From positions 106,417 through 170,416 of IMG/VR virus record IMGVR_UViG_3300033067_002502: DNA of 64,000 nucleotides; one strand, given 5' to 3'. The notes beneath the pieces were generated by a model. The model was not told the DNA's origin. It saw only the letters and a program-made list of their open reading frames with translations, and did not search any database. The stretch is from a virus (taxonomy: Duplodnaviria > Caudoviricetes). Position numbers and translations under genes: made by a program. The first letter of the stretch is position 1; each line of letters begins with the position of its first letter. This document shows positions 63,333 to 64,000 of the stretch, in pieces.

Positions 63333-64000
63333 ATGGCAAATAAGAAAAATATAGGATTAGATAATTTTGCTGGTTTCGAATTTGGAGATGATGGAAATCC
63401 AACAGAATTTATTCCAAGCGGTCATGCTGAATTAGATTATACAATTGCAAGTGGACTTCTTAGTGGAGAAAACGCAGAATTAGCTGATCAATTAATGGGA
63501 GCAGGCGGGTTTCCTACAGGCAAATTGGTTATGTTCTTTGGAGAGCCTGGTGGTGGAAAATCTTCATTAGCTTATGCAGTATGTGGCTCTGCTCAAAGAA
63601 TGGGAAAAGTCCCAATTTGGATTGATGTTGAAAATTCTTTTAGCGAGTCACTTGCTAAAATAAATGGCGTAGACTTGAAAAAACTTGGTAGAAAAGGAAT
63701 GTATGATAAGAATGATCCAGATAAGGTTTTTAGCGGAGAATATGCTTTAGAAGCCGTTATGGAGGCTTGTAAAAAGGGGGCAGGAGTTGTTGTTCTTGAT
63801 TCTGTAGCATCTCTTGTTCCAAAGTATGTTATGGACAATCCTGCTGAAAAAGAAACAATGGCTATTTTAGCAAGACTTCTTGGACGAACAGTTAATAAGA
63901 TATGTAGTTTAGCTGCTGCAAATAATACTCTTGTTATTTTCATTAATCAACTTAGAGTAAATCCTGGAGCTATGTTCAAGAATCCAGAAGGTTATCCAGG
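63333..64000 (+). CDS. recA: RecA/UvsX recombinase, 3'-truncated by the window edge (absent from the ORF track)
   Basis: Manual translation: MANKKNIG...FIPSGHAELD...GGFPTGKLVMFFGEPGGGKSSL...WIDVENS...VVVLDSVASLVP...VIFINQLR. Confidence 0.92.
   Translation, partial: MANKKNIGLDNFAGFEFGDDGNPTEFIPSGHAELDYTIASGLLSGENAELADQLMGAGGFPTGKLVMFFGEPGGGKSSLAYAVCGSAQRMGKVPIWIDVENSFSESLAKINGVDLKKLGRKGMYDKNDPDKVFSGEYALEAVMEACKKGAGVVVLDSVASLVPKYVMDNPAEKETMAILARLLGRTVNKICSLAAANNTLVIFINQLRVNPGAMFKNPEGYP

Noticed and set aside
1913-63943. Short minus-strand and nested alternative-frame ORFs in the track (60-124 aa)
   Set aside because: They lie within or opposite well-supported genes and show no motifs; 63593..63943 is the antisense shadow of recA.
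1-64000. Stop-codon reassignment (TAG/TGA) as the cause of fragmented genes
   Set aside because: Multi-kb ORFs are intact under code 11, TAA, TGA and TAG all end genes at tight junctions, and the breaks coincide with intein motifs or whole inserted genes.
1-64000. tRNA, rRNA, integrase or transposase
   Set aside because: None recognised; intergenic gaps are mostly too short and show no cloverleaf by eye. tRNAscan-SE/Infernal were not run.
1-64000. Cellular (CPR/DPANN) or eukaryotic giant-virus origin
   Set aside because: There are no housekeeping or translation genes, and SD-led overlapping genes with a gp32-like SSB, fractured genes and orphan MTases fit a large bacteriophage better. No capsid or terminase gene is in the window, so this remains an inference.

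Overview
AT-rich, densely packed 64-kb segment of what is most likely a large (jumbo-type) dsDNA bacteriophage genome. Every credible gene is on the + strand and the standard genetic code is used. Left half (1-32879): six abutting genes for putative virion/adhesion proteins, four of them giant (1507-3230 aa), built from LamG, FN3, Ig-like, beta-propeller, Kelch, vWA, 11 PKD repeats and a hyaluronidase(GH56)-like barrel, often nested inside one another. They are followed directly by three glycosyltransferases and a metallophosphoesterase. Right half (38-64 kb): a replication/recombination module with an SF2 helicase, Ycf46-like AAA+ ATPase, DnaC-like loader, DnaB, a stand-alone primase Zn finger, four DNA methyltransferases, DnaE, a gp32-like SSB and RecA. 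Highlights: (i) DnaE is encoded in three genes. One break is bridged by a split intein flanking a free-standing Vsr-like homing endonuclease. The other lies inside the active site, has no intein, and is filled by a nuclease + methyltransferase pair. (ii) The AAA+ ATPase is broken in its Walker A motif by an atypically split intein with a 23-aa N-fragment. (iii) Three further cis-inteins are present. (iv) A vWA domain is interrupted by about 2000 aa. All calls come from reading motifs by eye; no database searches were run.
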